From a virus: DNA of 63,976 bases. Positions 9,674 to 17,747 of the stretch are shown piece by piece; the stretch's first letter is position 1; every line of letters starts with the position of its first letter. The DNA is taken from IMG/VR virus record IMGVR_UViG_3300027740_000001, positions 1 through 63,976 of that record; one strand, written 5' to 3'. A program made the position numbers and the translations under genes. Below the pieces are notes generated by a model, which searched no databases, had not been told where the DNA came from, and saw only the letters and a list, made by a program, of their open reading frames with translations.

Positions 9674-10422
9674 TATTTATACTTTCGCCCTTCGGCCCAA
9701 AATTGATTACGAACCACTACAGCGGGAATGTATTGAAATGAATCTCTGTCTCCAGTGTATCCATACGCAAATCCATTAACCCAAGCGTTTGGACGATTCT
9801 TCATGAAGGTGGGGTTTAAATGACAAAGACACCCAATTGCCTGACCAGTAAAAAATTGTTCGTTATCTATGGGTGAAACCATCGTAAAGCTCTGAAAGGT
9901 ATGGCAATGCCCGTAAAGAACCGAAATGTGATATGATTCAACTGTCTTTCTTGCGTGATATAGATTTGTAAAAATTCCGTGAATAAATATTAGGTTTGAA
10001 TTCAATCTATACGGTAAATTAACGGGAATTAGTTTCATGTTGTAAGATTTAAAGTCAATATTATTCTCAAGTTCCCAAAATCCCCTACCGTTTGGATTAA
10101 TGCTGGCAGCTTGAATCAATCTGTATTCATGATTTCCAGTTAAAAATATCTTCTCGGCATGACCTGCTGCCACCTGAAGTGGATTAAAAAGAACATTGCG
10201 AAGTTCTTCATAGTTTTGCTTAATCATTCCACCATCAAGAATACGAGATTGATCTGCCAACCAAGTTGAGACGCTTCCCCAGTCGTGCAAATCTCCACCA
10301 AGGATCACCTTGTCTGGCTTGAAGTCGTGGATAAATTCAAACACCGGATCGAGAGGAACGTGGTATGGGATGTGAGTGTCGAACAGCGCAACTACTTTTT
10401 GAATTGATTTCTCTTTTTTCAT
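9673..10422 (-). CDS. Calcineurin-like metallophosphoesterase (Ser/Thr phosphatase-type)
   Basis: Motifs appear in order: DTHIP, GGDLHD, GNHEY, IHG and GHCH. The ATG at 10422 follows GGAGA; an upstream ATG at 10440 is also possible. Confidence 0.85.
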   Translation of the reverse strand: MKKEKSIQKVVALFDTHIPYHVPLDPVFEFIHDFKPDKVILGGDLHDWGSVSTWLADQSRILDGGMIKQNYEELRNVLFNPLQVAAGHAEKIFLTGNHEYRLIQAASINPNGRGFWELENNIDFKSYNMKLIPVNLPYRLNSNLIFIHGIFTNLYHARKTVESYHISVLYGHCHTFQSFTMVSPIDNEQFFTGQAIGCLCHLNPTFMKNRPNAWVNGFAYGYTGDRDSFQYIPAVVVRNQFWAEGRKYK

Positions 10423-10461
10423 ATGTCTCCAGTATACCATACTATACTTGATTTGTCAACC

Positions 10462-10812
10462 CTATGCCGATGTAAATGGTAATTTCTTCCTGTACGGAAT
10501 TTTCTTTCCCGGCTTTAGTCGCAACCACTTTGGTGTAATATACTTAAACCACATGTCATATTTGGGGCGGCTCGCTACTATGTAGTCTCCAAGTGCATCA
10601 CCAATCACGCTGAATATCATTATATAGATGTTCCAGTCGGACCACTTTCCAATAATAAGAAGTATAATCCACCCCGCAGCGCCCGTGGCAAGAGAATAGC
10701 GTACGGCACTACCAGGTTTCCTATCGATAACCGAAACGTTCACCCAATTTGCAAGGTATGATGTAATAACTTCCAGAATAAAACATAATATGCAATACAG
10801 GGTGATGATCAT
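10462..10812 (-). CDS. Small integral membrane protein (3 predicted TM helices), lysis-cassette associated
   Basis: It has three hydrophobic segments and a basic C-terminal tail, and lies directly downstream of the holin-like gene. Confidence 0.6.
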   Translation of the reverse strand: MIITLYCILCFILEVITSYLANWVNVSVIDRKPGSAVRYSLATGAAGWIILLIIGKWSDWNIYIMIFSVIGDALGDYIVASRPKYDMWFKYITPKWLRLKPGKKIPYRKKLPFTSA

Positions 10813-10833
10813 TTTACACCTATATGTAAAAAC

Positions 10834-10908
10834 GGGGCCTTGCTTTTAATGGACACCTGTCAGATCATTTTCATACATAATCTCAGAATGTGTGTCCTGC
10901 TCGGCCCC
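10834..10908 (-). terminator. Nested long hairpin ending in a U-run (terminator/attenuator candidate)
   Basis: GGGGCC (10834..10839) pairs with GGCCCC (10903..10908). GGACAC (10851..10856) pairs with GTGTCC (10893..10898). On the minus strand the structure is followed by GTTTTT. Confidence 0.4.
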
Positions 10909-10971
10909 GGATGGCGTTTATCCCGCGAAGTTGAGAAGTTATCCCTTACCGTGGGCTTAGCGCCATTTACA

Positions 10972-11418
10972 TTAATTTCTTTTTACGTTTTTTATGGCTT
11001 CTATTGTTCTTAGTGTTCCAAATCCCAATAACCCAAACAGTAATGGATATAAATCAGATATGTCAATGACTGGCAATTTAATTTCCGGATGCCCTATAAT
11101 TGGAAGAATCCAGGAAACAATGGGAAATATTAAATATTGGGCTCCAAGACCGATTGCACAAACCCATCCAACGGCAGGTCTCCACCCTGATACAAATAAT
11201 TTAGGGTTTGCTGCTTCAATTTTATTTATGTCAGTTTGTGCAGTCATTAAGATCTGTTCGATCTCAAGTGTTTTGGCTTCCAGTTCTGCTAACTTAACCG
11301 GGTCTAACGGAGCTTTGCCAGTAATGGCGGTTCTAACATCTTTAAGTAGGGTTCCAAACCCACTGAATATTCCACCAATATCAATTTTATCGATTGTGAT
11401 GCCAGAAAGTAAGCCCAT
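10972..11418 (-). CDS. Holin, GTA-type 3-TM family (PF11351-like)
   Basis: It has an N-terminal amphipathic region, then KIEAANPKLFVSGWRPAVGWVCAIGL, which matches the remembered EA....F.aGWRP..GWVC signature. Hydrophobic helices follow. Confidence 0.7.
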   Translation of the reverse strand: MGLLSGITIDKIDIGGIFSGFGTLLKDVRTAITGKAPLDPVKLAELEAKTLEIEQILMTAQTDINKIEAANPKLFVSGWRPAVGWVCAIGLGAQYLIFPIVSWILPIIGHPEIKLPVIDISDLYPLLFGLLGFGTLRTIEAIKNVKRN

Positions 11419-11434
11419 AATATCTCCAGTTAGT

Positions 11435-11833
11435 TTACACCGTTTTGATTGTTAACTCGAACTCGTTCACATCTCTCAGTCTGTCGAGAAATTCCGTAAA
11501 TGCTGGTCCACTTGATAGTACTGCCACATCTCCATTTAGGTAACCATATTGTTCTCCAATAACTATACACCCGTGGCTGTCATCGTCTATGTTCCCCTTG
11601 TGAAATAGAATAGCAGACCGTCCGGGAACATTCATCACCTCGAACGTGTTGCCGTGCTTGACGAACTGTCCACGTCTACAGGTGTAGATACCATCAGGGA
11701 TACAACTAATATTGGATCTGTTCTCCAGCCATTGACGCTCAACAGTTAAGCAGAATGGAATGTCTTCATCCAAAAGTACACCAAATGTGCCGTCAGTATT
11801 GGAGGCAATTCTTTTCAGGGTATACCTTTTCAC
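11435..11833 (-). CDS. DUF5675-like protein (YkuD/L,D-transpeptidase-like fold; candidate cell-wall enzyme)
   Basis: Pattern TDGTFGVL..FCLTVER..CIPDGIYTC..FEVMNVPGRSAILFHKGN..DSHGCIVIG is typical of that family. It starts with GTG after GGGGAGA and sits next to the holin. Confidence 0.65.
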   Translation of the reverse strand: MKRYTLKRIASNTDGTFGVLLDEDIPFCLTVERQWLENRSNISCIPDGIYTCRRGQFVKHGNTFEVMNVPGRSAILFHKGNIDDDSHGCIVIGEQYGYLNGDVAVLSSGPAFTEFLDRLRDVNEFELTIKTV

Positions 11834-11834
11834 T

Positions 11835-12011
11835 TTATATTCTCCCCGTTGGTTCCACGTACTCCATCAACTCCTTAATCAATTGACCTGCACGCTCAGC
11901 ATACCTTCTCGACATAACCGGGTAACTTGTTACCTGCTTGCGAGACCGACCCAGTATTAATGATATAATGTGAAGCTGTTGGATGATGTGTTCATCACGA
12001 TTGGAAAGCAT
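11835..12011 (-). CDS. Small (58 aa) helix-turn-helix-like protein
   Basis: Manually found ORF below the track cutoff: ATG at 12011, stop at 11835..11837. It fills an otherwise empty gap in the same direction as its neighbours. Confidence 0.4.
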   Translation of the reverse strand: MLSNRDEHIIQQLHIISLILGRSRKQVTSYPVMSRRYAERAGQLIKELMEYVEPTGRI

Positions 12012-12021
12012 GGATCATGCG

Positions 12022-12483
12022 TTAAACTTTGGGTAATTTTTGCTTAGCTAAAAACTCTTCCATGGTTGTCTTTTTGCCGAGCTTATATTTATCTAACTGT
12101 GCTTGTGCGATTTTTATTGCAACATCCTTAGTTACCGATTCCCTAACAACAATGTATCCACCCTGGATTATTCCAACAATGTATTCACCGCCGTCCTTGT
12201 TACCCGGATAGTATCCTATAATGTATACCATTTGTTCAGACACGTCATACATACATATTGCTTGTCCGGCACCACTTATCTTTACAACTGCAAATAGTAT
12301 GTTGTCAACGTGGCGATATGATTCCCACGAACCATCTTTTTGGATTCCCTCGCTAACTGCAAGTTCAGCAATTTCGGAAAACACATCCTTGCCAGCGTTT
12401 TGCGTGGTGTTGGTCGTTGTGTGTGCACATCCAATCAGTAGTAATATTAATAGAATCAATGCTATCCTTGCAAATACCTTCAT
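12022..12483 (-). CDS. Lipoprotein
   Basis: The signal peptide MKVFARIALILLILLLIGC carries a lipobox (L-I-G-C). Confidence 0.75.
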   Translation of the reverse strand: MKVFARIALILLILLLIGCAHTTTNTTQNAGKDVFSEIAELAVSEGIQKDGSWESYRHVDNILFAVVKISGAGQAICMYDVSEQMVYIIGYYPGNKDGGEYIVGIIQGGYIVVRESVTKDVAIKIAQAQLDKYKLGKKTTMEEFLAKQKLPKV

Positions 12484-12484
12484 C

Positions 12485-12709
12485 TCATCTACCCCTTACC
12501 TTTCTTTTAGATGCCTTTAGTGGATTCACCTTCACTGGGATGATTGCTTCCCTCTTAACACACGTACACATCGGGCAATTACCATTCTTCCATTTGGCCG
12601 ATGGTATAGAGTACACCTGACAGACGTACTGCGCCGGTTCGAGTACCCTCTTGCCACACCCATCACATTGTGCCACTATCGGCTCTTTGACAATTTGTAC
12701 ATTTTTCAT
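12485..12709 (-). CDS. Cys-rich protein resembling the PxxKW family
   Basis: It contains CDGCG, then YSIPSAKWKNGNCPMC (P-x-x-K-W followed by G.CP). The start is set at ATG 12709 because the track's TTG start coincides with a TTGACA box. Confidence 0.55.
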   Translation of the reverse strand: MKNVQIVKEPIVAQCDGCGKRVLEPAQYVCQVYSIPSAKWKNGNCPMCTCVKREAIIPVKVNPLKASKRKVRGR

Positions 12710-12716
12710 GCTGACC

Positions 12717-12745
12717 ACTTTATCATACCAAACGTTAACTGTCAA
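12717..12745 (-). promoter_or_regulatory. Leftward promoter candidate (TTGACA-17-TAAAGT, or TTGGGT-17-TGgTATGAT)
   Basis: The minus strand reads TTGACAgttaacgtttggtatgaTAAAGTggtcagcATG. The -10 box lies only 7 nt before the ATG, so the mRNA could be leaderless. Confidence 0.45.
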
Positions 12746-12769
12746 CCCAAAAAAATATTAAATTTGAGG

Positions 12770-12798
12770 TTGACACCCCAAGATCCGTGTGGTATAGT
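12770..12798 (+). promoter_or_regulatory. Rightward sigma70-type promoter (TTGACA-17-TATAGT with TGn extended -10)
   Basis: TTGACA is at 12770..12775, followed by a 17-nt spacer ending tgg and TATAGT at 12793..12798. GGAGG and the ATG at 12826 lie downstream. Confidence 0.7.
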
Positions 12799-12825
12799 TG
12801 TTTTCAACGTTTTGGAGGTTTACCC

Positions 12826-13191
12826 ATGGCAAACAGAACCTGTAGTTTTTGTGGAGATGAAAACGTGGTTCTTGTCTCCGGGTACAATTATTGTGTGCAA
12901 TGCTCAAGGAAGCTCGACCGTAAAATGATAAATCTTATGTTGTCGAAAGCATTTCCGTCCTTGACTATGGAGAGAATTAAAGACTTATGTACAGAGATGT
13001 TCGGCACGGAGGACTACTGCTTCTCAAAATTCAGTAATCTTTACGCCATGTTAGATAGGGACGAATGGATTGAGCGTGACCATAGGTTTAAGATTCCACA
13101 GTCAGAGTACATTGTAACTGCATTTCACAAGCACATTAAGGATAAACACCCAAGACTTTTCGAAAGGATATCTAATGAGCGAAGCCTCTAA
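12826..13191 (+). CDS. Hypothetical protein with N-terminal zinc ribbon
   Basis: ATG at 12826 lies 7 nt after GGAGG. It contains CSFCG..x..CVQC. Confidence 0.65.
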   Translation: MANRTCSFCGDENVVLVSGYNYCVQCSRKLDRKMINLMLSKAFPSLTMERIKDLCTEMFGTEDYCFSKFSNLYAMLDRDEWIERDHRFKIPQSEYIVTAFHKHIKDKHPRLFERISNERSL

Positions 13192-14212
13192 GCTTTTTGG
13201 TAGCGTTTGCGAGGATCAGTCGGACGCGCCCGGAGTACCATGTTCTCACTATATCAATGGTGGATATTGTACACTTGCAAATCACTTTCGCTGTCTGGAG
13301 TACGTTATTCACCACGAACCGCCATTGTCGTACAGTGCTATCGACACATACACTTCGTGTCACCGAAAGTTCTATTGGAACTGGCTTGTCGGGTTGGAGC
13401 CGGTAGAGAAGTCGTGGGCGGTTCAACTTGGATCTCATGCGGCTACAATTCTCGGATGGTTACATAACTCCACAATCGAATCTCCAAAAGCAGTTGAGAT
13501 GTACAACGATTATATTGAGTCGCTAATTAAAGAAACAACTGATCCTGAAAGTGAAGACCGCCAGTATGGTCATGTTGACATCTGGAAGATGAAAGCCATG
13601 TTCGACGCTTACGTTAAACTTGACCTCCATACGTTGCGTGGTATTACGGAATACGAGTTTAGATGGAACGAACCAGGATACCCACGTGTACACGGTTTTA
13701 TCGATCTCGTTCAGCTTGTTACCCACGAAGAACATTTCGGTTACGAGTTTAAGTGGACAGGCAATCCTGACAGTTACTCGAAGTTTATGATGGAAGATCA
13801 ATGTAGCGCGTACTTCATAGGTGATCCGAAGATAAACAGGATAACCAATCGATTGTTCGTTACGCCTGATATGCGACAGAAAAAGACCACGAAGAAGCAG
13901 GTTGGCGAATCCATACTGGACTTTTACCAGCGCATGTACGATGATATTCTAAACCTTAATCTTCAGAGATACTTTATCGACCGTACCTACTGGAGATCCG
14001 AATTCTACCTGGAAGCCTACAAGGTTAAGGCTGCGCGAACTGCCTCAGAAATCATGAGGTATATAGACGAGGGAGGAATTGCACCGTTTTACCAGAATAA
14101 GAAGAATTGTTTAAGCCCATTTCGGTGTGACTATTTACTGGTATGCGAGAATAACATTGAGCGCCCATGGGAGATGGAGTGCTATAAAAAGAGGGGAGAG
14201 AATAAAAAATGA
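13175..14212 (+). CDS. PD-(D/E)xK exonuclease, Cas4/RecB-like with Cys clusters
   Basis: GFIDLV...GYEFKW supplies the D...E-x-K motif. Cys residues lie near the N-terminus (C..C..C) and at the C-terminus (CLSPFRCDYLLVC), as in Fe-S Cas4/AddB-type nucleases. Confidence 0.7.
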   Translation: MSEASKLFGSVCEDQSDAPGVPCSHYINGGYCTLANHFRCLEYVIHHEPPLSYSAIDTYTSCHRKFYWNWLVGLEPVEKSWAVQLGSHAATILGWLHNSTIESPKAVEMYNDYIESLIKETTDPESEDRQYGHVDIWKMKAMFDAYVKLDLHTLRGITEYEFRWNEPGYPRVHGFIDLVQLVTHEEHFGYEFKWTGNPDSYSKFMMEDQCSAYFIGDPKINRITNRLFVTPDMRQKKTTKKQVGESILDFYQRMYDDILNLNLQRYFIDRTYWRSEFYLEAYKVKAARTASEIMRYIDEGGIAPFYQNKKNCLSPFRCDYLLVCENNIERPWEMECYKKRGENKK

Positions 14213-14368
14213 AAAAAGTTATACGTGAATATTTAACACATATGGATTACACGATTCCCTTCATGAATTAGTTTATCATACAATTAGTTACGCTCATGAT
14301 AATTCTATCTTCACTCTTGATGATATTTTTGAGATAGAAAAACTTAAGCAACTTTAGGTAGGAATAAC

Positions 14369-14731
14369 ATGAATAAGAAAAGAAGTAAGCGTATCTGGCA
14401 TCCAGTACCAGCACCATGGAGAAATAGAATATCTTTAATTGAACGACTAATTGAAGATGCTCAGAGACAAATAGAGGTTTCGATTGGGTGGAGGAGTGGA
14501 AAAAAATATTACAAAAGATTTACCCTACGTATAGATAGGGAGTTTGACGCAAAATTATTTGTCAATACATTTAATTTCTTATGTTCAGATTGTAAGGCAA
14601 TAGAGATTAAAGAAGATATGTCAATATTTGGATATCTTGTTAGTGGTGTAGTTGAGGGTGTTGCCCCAAAACTGAAGCGAATTAGGATTGGAAGAAGATT
14701 GGAGGAAAATAATGCCACGAGAATTGGGTAA
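14369..14731 (+). CDS. Hypothetical basic protein (120 aa)
   Basis: ORF in a co-directional string with no recognised motif. Confidence 0.55.
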   Translation: MNKKRSKRIWHPVPAPWRNRISLIERLIEDAQRQIEVSIGWRSGKKYYKRFTLRIDREFDAKLFVNTFNFLCSDCKAIEIKEDMSIFGYLVSGVVEGVAPKLKRIRIGRRLEENNATRIG

Positions 14732-15536
14732 GCTATCAGAGGACATTAAGCCTGGTATCTGCATGTTGATATACGGAGATACTGGTGTTGGTAAAACCGG
14801 ATCATCCATTACTGGAATTCGTCAGATCCTACATCTTAATAAGGAGCCAAAAGATCCAAGGCTGGTACACTCTCAGATAAATTCCGACTATGCTAACCTT
14901 GTTCGGTATTACGAATTTGACGGTTTCGACGACGAGGCTGACTACCTCAACGGTCTTATCTTTAGGTATCGCAATGGTGAGCGTCCATATGAAACCATCT
15001 TCCACGATGGTATCACATTCAGCATGGCAACCTACAAGCAACAACTTGAAGATAATAGGTACTCCGTGGCCCTCAAGATGAAGGAAGATAAGGATAGGCC
15101 CCGTGGTCTTATAGATCGTACTCGTATCGAACGTCCAGATTGGGGCACCATAGCAAGCTTAACAGCCAGGGAAACACGGCTTTTGCACGAACTTAGTAAG
15201 TTTGGAATAATGGTTGTAAGCACAGCTATCTCCACAGAATACCCCAAGTGGAACTCAACGGTTAGGGTGGCACCATCCCTCACCGGCCAGGAGTTTTCCA
15301 AGCTAATCCACGGTTGGTTTGACACAATAGGATACATTGTGCAACCATTTCACATACTACCAGATGGTGGGGTTGAACCGCCCAAAATATCGTTTGTATC
15401 ATCTGATGATGGAATGAGCAATTCGTATATGTGTAGGGCAAATCCGTTTCTTGCAAGGGCAGAGCGTAAGTACGGTCCACTTCCATTAAACCTTACGAAA
15501 CTATCTAAAATAATTCGCGGGGAATATGAAGTTTAG
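14712..15536 (+). CDS. Sak4-like RecA-superfamily ATPase (recombination mediator)
   Basis: ATG at 14712 lies 6 nt after GGAGG. Walker A is LIYGDTGVGKTGS near the N-terminus and a hydrophobic-D Walker B-like IFHDG is present. Size and neighbourhood (nuclease, DUF669-like SSB) fit Sak4. Confidence 0.65.
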   Translation: MPRELGKLSEDIKPGICMLIYGDTGVGKTGSSITGIRQILHLNKEPKDPRLVHSQINSDYANLVRYYEFDGFDDEADYLNGLIFRYRNGERPYETIFHDGITFSMATYKQQLEDNRYSVALKMKEDKDRPRGLIDRTRIERPDWGTIASLTARETRLLHELSKFGIMVVSTAISTEYPKWNSTVRVAPSLTGQEFSKLIHGWFDTIGYIVQPFHILPDGGVEPPKISFVSSDDGMSNSYMCRANPFLARAERKYGPLPLNLTKLSKIIRGEYEV

Positions 15537-15538
15537 GG

Positions 15539-15567
15539 TTGACATTACGTGATGGGTATGGTATATT
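15539..15567 (+). promoter_or_regulatory. Sigma70-type promoter (TTGACA-17-TATATT, TGn extended -10)
   Basis: TTGACA is at 15539..15544 and TATATT at 15562..15567. Only 11 nt separate the -10 box from the ATG at 15579, so the transcript would be near-leaderless. Confidence 0.55.
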
Positions 15568-15578
15568 ATACCTTGGTT

Positions 15579-15782
15579 ATGGATAAAAAAACAGAGAAAA
15601 TGATTGATAGCGGGAAATTTATGGGTGTAAGCTTAGACGTATGGATTGACCTACAGGCTGAGATAGAAATTCGCGGGTATACAGTATATGAATACATGAC
15701 ATTACTCCGGGACGGAAGGATAACATGGGAACCAGCGAGAAGGTTCGGACCGTCACACTATTTCGATGAATGGAATTGGTAA
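15579..15782 (+). CDS. Small protein ending in ..YFDEWNW
   Basis: The start is placed at the first ATG downstream of the promoter -10. The C-terminal hexapeptide FDEWNW is at 15762..15779. Confidence 0.6.
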   Translation: MDKKTEKMIDSGKFMGVSLDVWIDLQAEIEIRGYTVYEYMTLLRDGRITWEPARRFGPSHYFDEWNW

Positions 15783-15816
15783 TACATTAAGTATAAGAAG
15801 GGGTTGACATAAAACA

Positions 15817-16026
15817 ATGAAGCGTATATGGATTCTTGAGGAAGAGGGAGACACGCCATACCCAAAGTTTCAAATTCCACTGGAGTGGAATTTAGTAATT
15901 TATTTTAATACAGACCAAAGAAATAGATCATTTAGGGTTATACATATTTCTGATGACAGTAATTCAATTCCACAATATCACTATGAAGCAGCCAATAATA
16001 TTGGATTCGACGAATGGAACTGGTGA
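15817..16026 (+). CDS. Small protein ending in ..GFDEWNW
   Basis: ORF-track ORF with the C-terminal FDEWNW at 16006..16023. The body is unrelated to that of the preceding gene. Confidence 0.6.
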   Translation: MKRIWILEEEGDTPYPKFQIPLEWNLVIYFNTDQRNRSFRVIHISDDSNSIPQYHYEAANNIGFDEWNW

Positions 16027-16029
16027 CAT

Positions 16030-16434
16030 ATGGGATACGAAAGCTGTGCATCACTATATAGTTCATTATTCAGTCCGGAGCTAAAGCGTATCTTTCGTGA
16101 GAACAATCTCATGATCCCATACATCCTTGAATTCCTCGAAAGCGATGACGTTGTGTGCGAAGATAATACCTGTATACACCACGTGTTCAATGAGTGTATG
16201 GAGTTCGGTTCGACCAACACGGGTGATGTTGTACGTGTAGAAACCGATTGGGTTAAGCAATGTCACGGATGCATGTGCTTAATGGATCTTGTTGATCACA
16301 ACCTATCACTTCAGGACATAGCCGATGCGATGGGTGTTAGCAGGGAGGCAATTCGTAAACATGAATTTTCTGCATCTTCAAAAATACGTGGTAAGTTTAG
16401 TTACAAAGGTGGTGATGAAATAGTGCGGCGATAG
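16030..16434 (+). CDS. DNA-binding protein with C-terminal sigma70 region-4/LuxR-like HTH
   Basis: The C-terminal segment LSLQDIADAMGVSREAIRKHEFSASSKIR has an HTH pattern. The start codon is uncertain. Confidence 0.55.
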   Translation: MGYESCASLYSSLFSPELKRIFRENNLMIPYILEFLESDDVVCEDNTCIHHVFNECMEFGSTNTGDVVRVETDWVKQCHGCMCLMDLVDHNLSLQDIADAMGVSREAIRKHEFSASSKIRGKFSYKGGDEIVRR

Positions 16435-16482
16435 GATGGCAATGGGTACTAACTATAACTATCTAACAAAGGAGGAATTATT

Positions 16483-17004
16483 ATGGGTCAAGTAGATCCG
16501 AAGTTTAATTTCGCGTTTGATGTGTTGTCTAAGGGATACCATGCCCTTGAGGTTAAGGAAGCTGGTATCGAACCGCAGGGCGAGGGTAAAACCTCCGGAA
16601 AACGGTATTGGGTACGACTTGCAGCGATTGTCGGTGACCAAGAAGGTGTGTCTCATATCGAAAACTTCTTCGAGAAAACGAAAAATGATTTCTCGTTTTC
16701 GAAGATGGCCGGGCTACTGTACAAACTCGGTGTCATTAAGAATCTTGGAAAGGTTGACACCGCAAACTTCTTGACACCGGATTTCGAGAACCGTTGGAAG
16801 AACGGAATGAACGGGAAGAAGATGGGATGTAAGAGTAAGTATCGATACGCAGAGAACGACAAGGATAAAGAAACACCATTCAGCGATCTCGAACAGTATC
16901 TGTCATATGATGAAGTGATGGCGATACTGAATAAGGGTGGAAAACAGGTTGAGGCACCAGTTGCATCAACGGAAACACCGGCCACACCCGCTCCGTGGGA
17001 TTAA
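16483..17004 (+). CDS. DUF669-like single-strand DNA-binding protein candidate
   Basis: AGGAGG lies 7 nt before the ATG. The N-terminal F.F..L..G.Y...V......G.GKTSGK.YW...... pattern resembles DUF669, the usual Sak4 partner. The tail is Pro/Thr-rich and ends in PWD. Confidence 0.5.
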   Translation: MGQVDPKFNFAFDVLSKGYHALEVKEAGIEPQGEGKTSGKRYWVRLAAIVGDQEGVSHIENFFEKTKNDFSFSKMAGLLYKLGVIKNLGKVDTANFLTPDFENRWKNGMNGKKMGCKSKYRYAENDKDKETPFSDLEQYLSYDEVMAILNKGGKQVEAPVASTETPATPAPWD

Positions 17005-17043
17005 TCGTCATCGAGCGAGTAGTTAACATATCTTAGATCTTGA

Positions 17044-17092
17044 CCGGGAGGGTAGTTTTCTAATGGCACACATATCCTCCCGGTTCTTTATT
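17044..17092 (+). terminator. Intrinsic terminator candidate
   Basis: CCGGGAGG (17044..17051) pairs with CCTCCCGG (17076..17083) and is followed by TTCTTTATT. The loop is long (24 nt). Confidence 0.5.
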
Positions 17093-17198
17093 ACCATGAA
17101 AAATCGCCGCCACCACAACAACCTTGGCCTAAGACAAATCAAGAACGGTAAAACCCACGTTCAGCTTACACACATTTGCCGTAGACTTAACATAAAAT

Positions 17199-17747
17199 AT
17201 GGAGATCCAGGTGACTCTCGTAACTCCCGTAGGGATGCGTTTCAACAAGAGGAAGAAGAAATTTGAAGAGATAAGCAAGGTAACACCAACGTTTGATTAT
17301 ACATTTCCAGATGGGTTTGTTCTGATCAGAGACACTCGTGAGCAGACAGGCCTATACTTGCGCCCGCCCAAGGGACTGATCATGGTACGTGATACCCTTA
17401 GGTTGGGAGACTATTCAATAAAAGGGTGGGAAACCACGATTGCTATAGAGCGGAAGAACATAGACGATCTGTGGACCAGCCTAACAGTACAGGCCGATGA
17501 CTTCAAGCGGAAGATGATCGAGTTGTCGAAGTACGAACGCGCCTGGTTACTTATTGATGGCCTCGAATCAGAATACCTGTCTTACCGTGAAGGTCGCAAG
17601 ATACATCCAAATGTGATACGACAGGCACTTGCATCGATTGAGGGCCGTATCGGTATACCGGTACATCAGTCAGAATCTATCGCATCGAGTGAGCGGTGGG
17701 TGATTGACGTGCTAATAAAATTCTATTGTGAGAAGCGTGGTTTATGA
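17199..17747 (+). CDS. ERCC4/XPF-Mus81-type nuclease
   Basis: LGDYSI....IAIERKNIDDLWTSL matches the GDx(n)ERKxxxD ERCC4 signature. An internal ATG at 17235 is an alternative start. Confidence 0.75.
   Translation: MEIQVTLVTPVGMRFNKRKKKFEEISKVTPTFDYTFPDGFVLIRDTREQTGLYLRPPKGLIMVRDTLRLGDYSIKGWETTIAIERKNIDDLWTSLTVQADDFKRKMIELSKYERAWLLIDGLESEYLSYREGRKIHPNVIRQALASIEGRIGIPVHQSESIASSERWVIDVLIKFYCEKRGL

Noticed and set aside
15805-15840. Fifth GGTTGACA box upstream of 15817..16026
   Set aside because: The best -10 (TATGGA or TATATG) falls inside the ORF downstream of its only start codon. It is either not a promoter or serves only read-through regulation.
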